Below, one piece after another: positions 28,834 to 37,783 of a stretch of 64,000 nt of DNA (position 1 is the stretch's first letter; every line of letters starts with the position of its first letter). Made by a program: the position numbers and the translations under genes. The notes under the pieces were generated by a model, which was given only the letters and a program-made list of their open reading frames with translations, was not told the DNA's origin and did not search any database. The DNA is from Lachnospiraceae bacterium (GTDB lineage Bacteria; Bacillota; Clostridia; Lachnospirales; Lachnospiraceae): positions 14,335-78,334 of the forward strand of contig VSND01000010.1 in NCBI GenBank assembly GCA_009774145.1. Reading direction: 5' to 3'.

Positions 28834-30015
28834 ATGACAGAAAAACTGCGTCGTTCCCCTTTATACCCTGTACTTGCCAAACTGTACCCTCTGCTGCATA
28901 AAACCCTGATCTGGTGGGCATGGCAGATCTGTTCTCTGTTTCCCGTCCAGAGGCAGAAAATCGTATTCAGCAACTTTAACGGAAGCGGCTTCGGGGATAA
29001 CACCCGGTACATTGCGGAGGAATGCATCCGCCGGAGGATTCCTCACAGGCTCTACTGGGTCTGCGAAAAACCCGGGTGCACCTTTCCGCCTGAACTTATC
29101 ATCATACGCCCCAACACGCTTCGTTTTGTCTACCACATGTCCACTGCAGGCATCTGGGTGGACAACACAAGAAAGCTGTATTATTTTAAAAAGAAAAAGA
29201 ACCAGACCTACATTCAGACCTGGCACGGAGGCCCCGGACTGAAGCGCATTGAACGGGATGCCGGCAACGGACTGAGCCGGGAATATATTGCCTATGCCAA
29301 AAAGGATTCTGAACATATTGATCTGCTTTTGAGCTGCTGCGGTTTTTGCACCCGCTGTTACCGAAACTGTTTCTGGTATGACGGACCGATTCTGGAAAAA
29401 GGCATCCCCAAAAACGACCTTTATTTTCGTAATATTCCCTCCATGCGCCGGATGGTCCGGGCATATTATCAGTTCCCGGAAGAAGTAAATCTGGTGCTCT
29501 ACGTCCCTACCTGGCGGGAAGACCGAAAGCTTCATGTATACCATCTGGATTTTGAAGGCTGTCTGGATGCTTTTGAAAAACGGTTCGGCGGAAAGTGGAT
29601 CATGCTGGTGCGTCTGCACCCCAATGTCAACGCCGCAGATTTTGATATCCAGTATACAGACCGGGTATGGAATGCGTCCCCTTACGACAATGTACAGGAA
29701 CTCCTTGCCGCCGGCGATGCAGTCATTACCGATTATTCCTCCTGCGGCTTTGACTATATCCAGATCAACCGGCTCTCTTTCTTCTACGCGGAAGACTATG
29801 AAGAGATGAAGCGGGACAAGGGATATTATCTGGAGCTGGATGAACTGCCCGTTCCAAAAGCTTTTTCCAACGGGGAGATGATCCGGAATATACTGGCATA
29901 TTCGCCGGAGTTCTGGGAAGAGAAACGGGAAATATTTATGGAAATGATGGACTATTGCGATGACGGACACGCATCGGAAGCGGTGGTGGACTATATCGCG
30001 GAACGCTCCTTATGA
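28834..30015 (+). CDS. CDP-glycerol glycerophosphotransferase (TagB/TagF family)
   Basis: TagF-type strings YVPTWRE, LHPN and ITDYSSCGFDY. Confidence 0.85.
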   Translation: MTEKLRRSPLYPVLAKLYPLLHKTLIWWAWQICSLFPVQRQKIVFSNFNGSGFGDNTRYIAEECIRRRIPHRLYWVCEKPGCTFPPELIIIRPNTLRFVYHMSTAGIWVDNTRKLYYFKKKKNQTYIQTWHGGPGLKRIERDAGNGLSREYIAYAKKDSEHIDLLLSCCGFCTRCYRNCFWYDGPILEKGIPKNDLYFRNIPSMRRMVRAYYQFPEEVNLVLYVPTWREDRKLHVYHLDFEGCLDAFEKRFGGKWIMLVRLHPNVNAADFDIQYTDRVWNASPYDNVQELLAAGDAVITDYSSCGFDYIQINRLSFFYAEDYEEMKRDKGYYLELDELPVPKAFSNGEMIRNILAYSPEFWEEKREIFMEMMDYCDDGHASEAVVDYIAERSL

Positions 30016-30020
30016 ATTAC

Positions 30021-30051
30021 CGAAAGCTCCGGGATCGCCCGGAGCTTTTTA
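30021..30051. terminator. Bidirectional terminator between convergent genes
   Basis: AAAGCTCCGGG (30023-30033) pairs with CCCGGAGCTTT (30038-30048), with a 4-nt loop and a T-run. Confidence 0.7.
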
Positions 30052-30055
30052 TGGT

Positions 30056-30868
30056 CTATCTGTTTTTCTTTGCATAGTCGCAAATCAGGGAAACAAACGC
30101 CAGGATCAGCAGCAGAAAGGCAGACAGCATATCCCATACATCCAGAACAGGCTCTTCTGTCATTTTGGAAAGTATCCCATTGACGATAAACATAAACGGA
30201 ATGGCTGATAAAAAAGCGATTCCAAGAGCGGCCAGTTTTCTTTTTTTCCCGATCTGTTTAAAAACTGCGACCAGGATCCACAGAAAAATGATTGAAACCA
30301 CCGCTATCACTGCACCAACGGAATATACTTCCCGTACTTTTATGATGTTTCCCAGCAAAAACAAATATGGAACTGTAAAAATACTCCATGATACATAACT
30401 TAAAATAATTCCTCTCCTTCCAAGGATGAGTCCCGGAAACAATATGACCCATGCAAACACAATCGAGCTGACCGGAATCAGCGACCATGTCAGATGACCG
30501 GATACTGCAATATTACAAATGATGCATATCATAACAGCTCCCAGAAGCACTGCTGAAAAAAGTGCAGCGATAACCACATTCTTTGCCATATGATTTTCAT
30601 CTTTTCTTTTCAGAGCGATCAGATTTTCGTCTGCCTTTTTTTCATAGCTTTCCATGTCAATTCTCTCTCCGCTTAACAGTTCATTTACTGTGATGCCCAG
30701 TATCTCACAAAGTTCCAGCATAACAGACGAATCCGGCATACTTTTTCCGGTTTCCCATTTCGATACCGCTCTGTCCGTAATGTTCAGCTTTTCTGCCAGC
30801 TGCGCCTGCGTCATCCTTTTCTCTTTCCGGCATTCAGAAATAAATGTTCCAGTCTTTGTCTGATTCAT
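30056..30868 (-). CDS. XRE-family HTH regulator fused to a multi-TM membrane domain
   Basis: HTH: MTQAQLAEKLNITDRAVSKWETGKSMPD. About 5 C-terminal TM helices. Confidence 0.8.
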   Translation of the reverse strand: MNQTKTGTFISECRKEKRMTQAQLAEKLNITDRAVSKWETGKSMPDSSVMLELCEILGITVNELLSGERIDMESYEKKADENLIALKRKDENHMAKNVVIAALFSAVLLGAVMICIICNIAVSGHLTWSLIPVSSIVFAWVILFPGLILGRRGIILSYVSWSIFTVPYLFLLGNIIKVREVYSVGAVIAVVSIIFLWILVAVFKQIGKKRKLAALGIAFLSAIPFMFIVNGILSKMTEEPVLDVWDMLSAFLLLILAFVSLICDYAKKNR

Positions 30869-31012
30869 CCTGTTTTCCTTTCTTTTTTCTCTTTATATAC
30901 CGCATCGTATGTAATCTACACGAACCGGCGGTTGAATATGGGAGAATCAACCGGCAGTTGGGAAGCCGTCTTCGTTTTTTCTCCTCTTACCAGCAAATGT
31001 TTTTGAGTAACG

Positions 31013-31044
31013 AAAAAAACCGCCCTTCCTCATGAATGGGCGGT
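31013..31044 (-). terminator. Intrinsic terminator ending the glycopolymer operon
   Basis: The minus strand reads ACCGCCC-attcatgaggaa-GGGCGGT followed by TTTTTTT. Confidence 0.65.
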
Positions 31045-31076
31045 AAATTCAGCAGCCTGTCAGCCAGGAAAAATCT

Positions 31077-32105
31077 TTATCTTTTCATGTTCTTATGCCA
31101 GAACCACCCGACCCCTGTCAGCGTCGCCATGCTTCCGACCACCAGCAGAATCTGTGTCAGCACTGCCGGAAGCCCCAGCAGGGATGCGCAGGTTCGGATG
31201 AACATGAACAAAAACATATGGAAGCACAGAACCGTCAATGTTTCCTGACCTGCCAGCGAGCAGAGTTTCATAAGCGGAGGGCATTTTTTCTCCAGCCACA
31301 TGCCGGCCGCAAAGACCAGAAGAGAACCGGTCGTTCCGGCGGTCAGACAGAGCAGGATGCTGTGCCCGTAATCTCCGCTGGACAGATTCATACTCCCGTT
31401 CAGCTGAGAAGCCGTGATAAATGCCACCAGCAGCAGACCAAGAAACCACAGTTCTCCCAGAAGCTTTTCCTGCTTTTTCTCCCGCAGAAACTCCCCTGCC
31501 GCCATGAAGCAGGCAAACAGCGGAACCGCATCCAGACTCCAGGGCAGCAGAAGTTTTGTGCCGTAATGCCACAAAAACGCCATGACGGCGCCCAATGCCA
31601 GAAGCACATATTTCCATCTGCTCCGGTCGGCAAATCCATACCACGCACTGGTCAGGAACAGGGCGGTCAGAAACCAGAGCGGCGCATTTAACAGATTCAG
31701 AAGCACCGGATTCTCCCCGGCATACGCCATCGTGTGCATCTGATTTCTGGAATAAAAGATACCCAGAACAGAAAGCAGCTTCAGATCACCGGGCGTTCCT
31801 GCCAGAAGCGAATCCTTTACCCAGAAAAACAGCCACAGAAACGCGCTGGTCCCGGCGTAGGGCAGCAGCAGGCGCTTTGCCTTTTTTTTCAGATAAGCGC
31901 GGAAAGTCTCTCCTTCTTTGTGCCGGAACGTATACCCTGCCGCCACGAAAAAGACCGGCATATAGAACATGCCCCCATAAAAGGTCACCGGCCCCGGCGA
32001 ACCTTCCGCATGAACCAGAAGCACCACCAGGATTCCCAGAACTTTCCCAAAATCCAGCCACCCAAGGCGCTCTTTTGTCTTATCTCCTGTCAAAGATCCG
32101 TCCAA
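31077..32105 (-). CDS. Acyltransferase family 3 membrane protein
   Basis: LDFGKVLGILVVLLVHA motif, polytopic. Overlaps the upstream paralogue by 26 nt. Confidence 0.8.
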   Translation of the reverse strand: MDGSLTGDKTKERLGWLDFGKVLGILVVLLVHAEGSPGPVTFYGGMFYMPVFFVAAGYTFRHKEGETFRAYLKKKAKRLLLPYAGTSAFLWLFFWVKDSLLAGTPGDLKLLSVLGIFYSRNQMHTMAYAGENPVLLNLLNAPLWFLTALFLTSAWYGFADRSRWKYVLLALGAVMAFLWHYGTKLLLPWSLDAVPLFACFMAAGEFLREKKQEKLLGELWFLGLLLVAFITASQLNGSMNLSSGDYGHSILLCLTAGTTGSLLVFAAGMWLEKKCPPLMKLCSLAGQETLTVLCFHMFLFMFIRTCASLLGLPAVLTQILLVVGSMATLTGVGWFWHKNMKR

Positions 32106-33231
32106 TCAGCACCTCTCCTTTCTTGCTCAGCGGCTCCACATAACGGCAGGACAGTTCGGACAGCAAAACCGTGATCCCGCTGATCAGGATCAGATTCAGA
32201 AAACTGGTCAGATTATAACCCAGTATTTCATAAAAAGCGAGCAGAAACCACGCTCCAAATGTCGCCGTCACCAGAAAATGGATCAGATACAGCGAGTAGG
32301 AAATCCGGCCCAGGTACAAAAACCCCCGCATGGAAAAAAACTGCTGAAGCGGCTCCAGATTCAGCACTGCCGTCACAAAGCAGAGCGCCCCGAAAATATG
32401 GTAATAATTCACAAGCACCAGTGGAAGGCTCCCCCAGATCGTCCCCTCATAGCCGAAACCGGAGGACGGATAACTCATGAAATAAAGCCCCGCCGCCAGC
32501 AGAAGCCAGTTCAGCGGCCGGCAGCCGCACAGCCGTTTGCGCCAGGACCAGTCCGTATGCATCAGATCACAGAGCACATATCCAAGACAGATACTCAGAA
32601 AATCCGTGCGCAAAAGCGCCGCCGCCAGTACGCCGTACAGAAGCCAGCGAAACCGGAACCGGCTCACAAAGGCTGCCAGCGCATAGTCCAGATATGCCCC
32701 CAGAAACAGGATCTGAATCGTCCACAGCACACCGTTATAGTCATTGCTGCCAAACAGAAAACACCCGTACAGGGATTCCTTCAGCATACCGGAAAGAGAC
32801 GGAGCAAACGCATTAAAACCCGCAAACCACTTTTCCGATCCTGCCACCGCAGCCGCCGGCGTATTATAATACAGCCCCAGTTTCATGCACACAAAGATAA
32901 CCGCATTGACAGCCAGCACTGCAGGCATCAGACGAAGATACCGTTTCCAGGCGCTTTGGACAAGCCTGCTTTTATCCCCTGTGAGGAAAAAGTTCCTGCA
33001 GAGCAGATACCCGCTGATGACCAGAAAAAGCCGTACCGCTGTATTTCCGTTAAAAAACAGGTTCAGCGGCGATTTCCCGACTGCAATGTCCAGATTGCCC
33101 GGAAGATGACAGCTCTCCGGCTGAAAATGGTACATCCCGTAATAAAACGCATATACAAAATGGGTCAGGAACACGATCACGCATCCCAGGCCCTTCAGTC
33201 CGTCCAGATATACTATTTTTTTCGTTTCCAT
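32080..33231 (-). CDS. Acyltransferase family 3 membrane protein
   Basis: LDGLKGLGCVIVFLTHF motif, polytopic. 383 aa. Confidence 0.85.
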   Translation of the reverse strand: METKKIVYLDGLKGLGCVIVFLTHFVYAFYYGMYHFQPESCHLPGNLDIAVGKSPLNLFFNGNTAVRLFLVISGYLLCRNFFLTGDKSRLVQSAWKRYLRLMPAVLAVNAVIFVCMKLGLYYNTPAAAVAGSEKWFAGFNAFAPSLSGMLKESLYGCFLFGSNDYNGVLWTIQILFLGAYLDYALAAFVSRFRFRWLLYGVLAAALLRTDFLSICLGYVLCDLMHTDWSWRKRLCGCRPLNWLLLAAGLYFMSYPSSGFGYEGTIWGSLPLVLVNYYHIFGALCFVTAVLNLEPLQQFFSMRGFLYLGRISYSLYLIHFLVTATFGAWFLLAFYEILGYNLTSFLNLILISGITVLLSELSCRYVEPLSKKGEVLIGRIFDRR

Positions 33232-34247
33232 ATATAATTTCCCATTCCCGCATCTCTTAAAAGCTCTGCGCCCAGCCAGAGGATCACCAGAAGCTGCAGA
33301 ACGGCAAAGACCGCCATGGGCATCATGGATTCCCCGTTAAAACATTCCTGATATCCGGCAAAGGCCACGATCTGCAAAACCAGCGGCGTCAGAAATTCTC
33401 CCGGTGCGGTCATCATATAAAGTATTGCCAGAACACAGGGCAGATATCCATACGACTGGTCCATATACGGCAGAACGTATCCCGTAAAAAGTACGCAGAA
33501 CAGAAACAGGCGAAGAAGATGCAGGCCCTTTTGTTCCGGTTTTCCCATACTGAACAGATACAGAAACAGCACGGACAGACCGCCTGCAAGAAACAGTCCC
33601 ACCAGCGCCAGCGGATCGATCCGCTGTCCCTGCACCGCCTCTCTTCCCACGATCTCATAGACATTGGGCCAGTGAAAGGTAACCAGCGTATAGCCGGCGC
33701 CAAGCCATGCCCGACAGGCATGGAAAAATCTCGCTCCGCCTGCCGCCAGCAGCAGAAGAAGCTGCTCTGCTTTCAGCCTCCGGTTCTGCCACAGCACCAC
33801 ACATCCCGTCAGAAGCCCCGCATATCTCACGGACCACAGAAGCAGCACTGCTGTCACGATGGTGAACAGCCAAGCACCCCATGATTTTTCCGACTGCATC
33901 AGAAAAAGCAGCGCACAGAGAAACAGAAGGGCGCCCACACAGGCATTGCCGCGCAGGATCGTCCCCTCTGCCACGCCCACCGGCAGAATCAGAAGGAGCC
34001 CATAAGTCACCAGCGCCTTTTTTCGGCTTGCGGTCAGACGCTGCACCAGCGCCGCCGCCGCCGCTGCCAGATACCATTCCGCCAGCACATACGGCCAGTG
34101 GGGCAGCCCGGTCTCAAAGGGCGTGCGCAGAAGATATGCCGCGCCCGTGATGCAGACCGCCAGAAGCCCTTCCAGAAATTCAAACTGTACCGTTCCCATA
34201 CGAAACGTCCGGAACAGAAGTCCCCGGAGCAGATCATCCACACGCAT
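33213..34247 (-). CDS. Polytopic membrane protein, paralogue of the adjacent GT-C-like gene
   Basis: Shares FHWPNVYEIVG with IKFPNIYQVIG in the neighbouring gene. About 9 TM helices. No DD motif seen in the first loop. Confidence 0.5.
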   Translation of the reverse strand: MRVDDLLRGLLFRTFRMGTVQFEFLEGLLAVCITGAAYLLRTPFETGLPHWPYVLAEWYLAAAAAALVQRLTASRKKALVTYGLLLILPVGVAEGTILRGNACVGALLFLCALLFLMQSEKSWGAWLFTIVTAVLLLWSVRYAGLLTGCVVLWQNRRLKAEQLLLLLAAGGARFFHACRAWLGAGYTLVTFHWPNVYEIVGREAVQGQRIDPLALVGLFLAGGLSVLFLYLFSMGKPEQKGLHLLRLFLFCVLFTGYVLPYMDQSYGYLPCVLAILYMMTAPGEFLTPLVLQIVAFAGYQECFNGESMMPMAVFAVLQLLVILWLGAELLRDAGMGNYIWKRKK

Positions 34248-35466
34248 CCGTTATCCTCCCTTCTTCCTCCCTGTCCAGTCTCTGCCGGTCCCCTTCATAC
34301 CGGGGATACCGGTACAGGTCAAGTCCGATGACGATCAGTATGACCAGCTGCACAAAAGCCAGCACGCCGTAGGATACGCAGGGCGGCTTTTTTGTCAGAT
34401 ACTCCGCATAACCCACCACCGTCAGGAAACCCGTAGCGATAAACAGCCCGAAACGTTCCGGACGAATCAGCACGTAGATCAGCAGAAACGCATCCGTCAG
34501 ATACAGATAACGTTCATGCATATGAGGAATAAAATATGTGGTCAGCAGTCCGAAAAACACCACCATCAGAATCACATATTCCTTCGTAATCCGCACTTCC
34601 TGATACGCCATCCAGAACAGCACCATCATCAGGATCCCCAGAATCAGATACATGCCCGCCCCCACGTATTCATCCAGAAAATACTGATTGCCGATCACCT
34701 GATAAATATTGGGAAATTTGATCGACAAAGACCAGCGGTCCTTGCTCCCCTGAAAAGCATAGATCCCGATCAGTTCCGAAAACGGCCTTCCCGCCAGCCA
34801 TGCCGGAAGGATCCCCAGCAGATACATGACCGGTATGGTCAGAAAATGCTTCAGTTCTACTTTCCTGCGCACCCACAGAATCACAAGAAACGGGAAGATG
34901 AACAGTGTCTGCAGCTTCACGGCAAAGGCCGCGCCGTAAAACCACATGCCGGTCCAGTTCTTCCCCTTCAGCAAAAAGAGTACGCTGCACAGAATCAGAA
35001 AAGTATAGATGATATCGCACTGGGACCACACCGCCGCATTCAGGATCACGGTAGGCAGAAACAGAAAGAGACCGTACGCGAACTGCGCACGCTTCCGGCT
35101 TTTGGTGCATTCCGTCACGATCCCGGCGATGACCGCCGCTCCGGCAAATTCCAACAGACAGCAGATGCTTTTGAAAGCAGTCATGGCATTCACCGGAAGA
35201 AGCGTAATCCCGTACAGAAGGTACATAACCGGCGGCGCATAGTCATAAAAATCCTCCGCAAGTGCAGAAAATCCCCTGGTCCGAAGCTCCAGAAGCCAGC
35301 TGCTCCAGTAGATGCTCCAGTCATCCGCCACAAAAGAGCGCACCTGCACACGAACCAGGACTGCCAGCACACTGACCATTGCCAGAAAGAGGATTTCTGC
35401 GCCCTGTATCCTGTATGATCCAAAAGAAACTTCTTTTTTTATCCAATCTCTTACATATCGATCCAT
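34234..35466 (-). CDS. GT-C-fold (PIG-V/GT87-like) polyprenol-phosphate-sugar-dependent glycosyltransferase, putative
   Basis: Start moved to the ATG at 35466 (AGGAG RBS). Polytopic, with an acidic FVADDW in the first loop. Adjacent to a GtrB-like GT2 gene. Confidence 0.55.
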   Translation of the reverse strand: MDRYVRDWIKKEVSFGSYRIQGAEILFLAMVSVLAVLVRVQVRSFVADDWSIYWSSWLLELRTRGFSALAEDFYDYAPPVMYLLYGITLLPVNAMTAFKSICCLLEFAGAAVIAGIVTECTKSRKRAQFAYGLFLFLPTVILNAAVWSQCDIIYTFLILCSVLFLLKGKNWTGMWFYGAAFAVKLQTLFIFPFLVILWVRRKVELKHFLTIPVMYLLGILPAWLAGRPFSELIGIYAFQGSKDRWSLSIKFPNIYQVIGNQYFLDEYVGAGMYLILGILMMVLFWMAYQEVRITKEYVILMVVFFGLLTTYFIPHMHERYLYLTDAFLLIYVLIRPERFGLFIATGFLTVVGYAEYLTKKPPCVSYGVLAFVQLVILIVIGLDLYRYPRYEGDRQRLDREEEGRITDACG

Positions 35467-35535
35467 ATCCGCTCCTGTCTCATTTCCCCTGCTCCGTATA
35501 TCCGCCAACTTCATATGGTCCAAAACCTGTACGGT

Positions 35536-36501
35536 TTATCTGAGGAACTTTTCAATGATAAACCGGGGCCTTCTCTTTGTCTCCAGATAGATCTTCCCGA
35601 TGTATTCCCCGATCACGCCGATGGCCAGAAGCTGCAGGCCGCCGATGGCCCAGATGGACACAATCAGAGACGTCCAGCCGATGCTCGTATTGCCCAGAAA
35701 ATGCTGAATCAGGGAATAAGCCAGCATGGCGATGCTGCACAGAAAGATAAACATCCCGAGAAATACAATGAGCCGGATAGGCTTGATGGAGAGAGACGTG
35801 ATCCCGTCCACCGCCAGTGCCAGCATCTTCTTCAGCGGATACTTGGACTCTCCCGCAAACCGCTCATGGCGCTCGTAGGTCACCACATCGGTCTGAAAGC
35901 CGATCATCGGCACGATGCCGCGAAGGAACAGATTCACCTCCTGGTAGTTCTCCATCTCCTGAAGCGCCCGCCTGCTCATAAGCCGGTAGTCCGCATGGTT
36001 GAAGACCACCTCGCCGCCCATCCGGTTGATGATCCTGTAAAAGCCCTCCGCTGTGAATTTTTTGAAAAAAGTATCCGTATTCCGGGCGCTGCGCACGCCG
36101 TAGACGATCTCGCAGCCCTCATAGTATTTCTCCACAAACTGGTCGATGACATCAATATCATCCTGCAGATCCGCATCCAGAGAGATCACCATATCCGCAT
36201 ATTCCTTCGCCGTCATCAGGCCACCCAGCAGGGCGTTCTGATGCCCGCGGTTTCTGGAAAGCTTCACGCCCAGAAAGACGGGATTCTCCCGGTGCAGCTC
36301 TTCGATCATCTCCCAGGTCCGGTCTCTGGATCCGTCATTGACAAACAGGATCCGGCTGTCCTTCGAGATCATTTTTTGCTCCATCAGACTTTCAAGCTTC
36401 TCCAGAAGCCTCTTTGACGTCTCCGGCAGAACCTCCTGCTCATTGTAACATGGGATGACCAGATACAGAATCTGCCCCCTTTGATTTCTCATATCTTCCA
36501 T
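35536..36501 (-). CDS. GT2 polyprenol-phosphate glycosyltransferase (GtrB/DPM1-like) with two C-terminal TM helices
   Basis: LVIPCYNEQEVL, VNDGSRD and LDADLQDD motifs, plus a C-terminal membrane anchor. Confidence 0.85.
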   Translation of the reverse strand: MEDMRNQRGQILYLVIPCYNEQEVLPETSKRLLEKLESLMEQKMISKDSRILFVNDGSRDRTWEMIEELHRENPVFLGVKLSRNRGHQNALLGGLMTAKEYADMVISLDADLQDDIDVIDQFVEKYYEGCEIVYGVRSARNTDTFFKKFTAEGFYRIINRMGGEVVFNHADYRLMSRRALQEMENYQEVNLFLRGIVPMIGFQTDVVTYERHERFAGESKYPLKKMLALAVDGITSLSIKPIRLIVFLGMFIFLCSIAMLAYSLIQHFLGNTSIGWTSLIVSIWAIGGLQLLAIGVIGEYIGKIYLETKRRPRFIIEKFLR

Positions 36502-36506
36502 CGTTT

Positions 36507-36899
36507 TTATTCCTCTTCCTGTTCTTTTCCTGCCTTTGCCCTCTCCAGCTCAGCTTCCAGTTCCTGCAGCCGCTTTTCATTCAGCGCCACCATCTGATCC
36601 AGCGTCCGGATGCTGTTGGACATCCTTGAGAGCGCTACGGTCAGAGAAAAAATAATCACCAGCGAAAAACAGAAGCCCAGGAAAAAAATCATGTTCACCG
36701 GCGCATAGATGCCCAGAAAATCCGATACCACGATCAGAAGCTTCGGCACACAGTCAAAAAGCAGAAGCGCACACAATACCGCCATCCAGGACAGCGCATA
36801 TTTCAGTTCCAGACTCCGCCTGCGTATCATATTTACCAGAATCGCAAAGACAATCAGAATCGCAATCCCGATCACAATCTGTAATTTTACCGTCATCAT
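36507..36899 (-). CDS. DUF2304-like small membrane protein with C-terminal coiled coil
   Basis: Four TM helices followed by LNEKRLQELEAELERAK. The family typically follows a GT2 gene (recalled). Confidence 0.55.
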   Translation of the reverse strand: MMTVKLQIVIGIAILIVFAILVNMIRRRSLELKYALSWMAVLCALLLFDCVPKLLIVVSDFLGIYAPVNMIFFLGFCFSLVIIFSLTVALSRMSNSIRTLDQMVALNEKRLQELEAELERAKAGKEQEEE

Positions 36900-36962
36900 T
36901 GTTTCCGTTCTCCCGCCTCTATCTGCGCAGCCGTTCCATCAGGATCATCCGCGCCGCCCTTT

Positions 36963-37652
36963 CTATCTGCGCAGCCGTTCCATCAGAATCGCCAGCGTCA
37001 CTTTGATCATATAGTAAACCGACCGGAGCCCTCCGATGGAGGAAGTTCCTTCCTTCCGCTCCTTCATCACCACCGGCATCTCCGTCACTTTTTTTCCCAT
37101 ACGCAGGATCGCCATCACGCTCTCCGGCTCCGGGTAGTCCTTTGGATAGCTGCCCGCATAGATCCGCATCACATCCCGGTTCACCATCCGCATCCCGGAG
37201 GTGGGATCCGTCACCCGCTTTCCGGTCAACAGCCGGATCAGTGCGGAAAAATACCGGATTCCGATCCTGCGGAGTCCGGAGGACTGAAAGCCTTCTTTCT
37301 CGATAAATCGGGAACCAATGACCATATCGCTCTCTGTCTCCGCCAGCTCCTGCGCCATCCGCTCCAGATAGGCGGCATCGTGCTGTCCGTCTCCGTCAAA
37401 CTGTACCGCCGCATCATAGTCATACTGGCAGGCGTAGATGTAACCGGTCTGCACGGCACCGCCGATCCCCAGGTTCACCGACAGATTCACATGATTCAGA
37501 CCGTATTTCCGGCAGATATCCAGCGTCCCATCGGTGGAACAGTCGTTGATGACCACATAGTCGAAGTCCGGCGCGTGTATTTTAATGTCATCCACTGCCT
37601 TCAAAATGCTTCTGCATTCATTGTAGGCAGGAATAATCACAAGCTTTTTCAT
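36963..37652 (-). CDS. Glycosyltransferase family 2
   Basis: VIIPAYNE, INDCSTDGT and FDGDGQHD motifs. 229 aa. Confidence 0.85.
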   Translation of the reverse strand: MKKLVIIPAYNECRSILKAVDDIKIHAPDFDYVVINDCSTDGTLDICRKYGLNHVNLSVNLGIGGAVQTGYIYACQYDYDAAVQFDGDGQHDAAYLERMAQELAETESDMVIGSRFIEKEGFQSSGLRRIGIRYFSALIRLLTGKRVTDPTSGMRMVNRDVMRIYAGSYPKDYPEPESVMAILRMGKKVTEMPVVMKERKEGTSSIGGLRSVYYMIKVTLAILMERLRR

Positions 37653-37783
37653 AAATCATACTCCTTCGCATCCAGTCTCCGTTTCTCATGTATCAACAGA
37701 ATATGCTTCTGGTTCATAAAGTACCGATCTGTGATTCTGTTGATCGTGTATTGTGACATTCTACCACAAACCGGAAAATATTG

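Noticed and set aside
31093-32174. Multiple alternative-frame ORFs inside the acyltransferase genes
   Set aside because: They are Arg/Gly/Pro-rich shadows of GC-rich membrane-protein genes on both strands.
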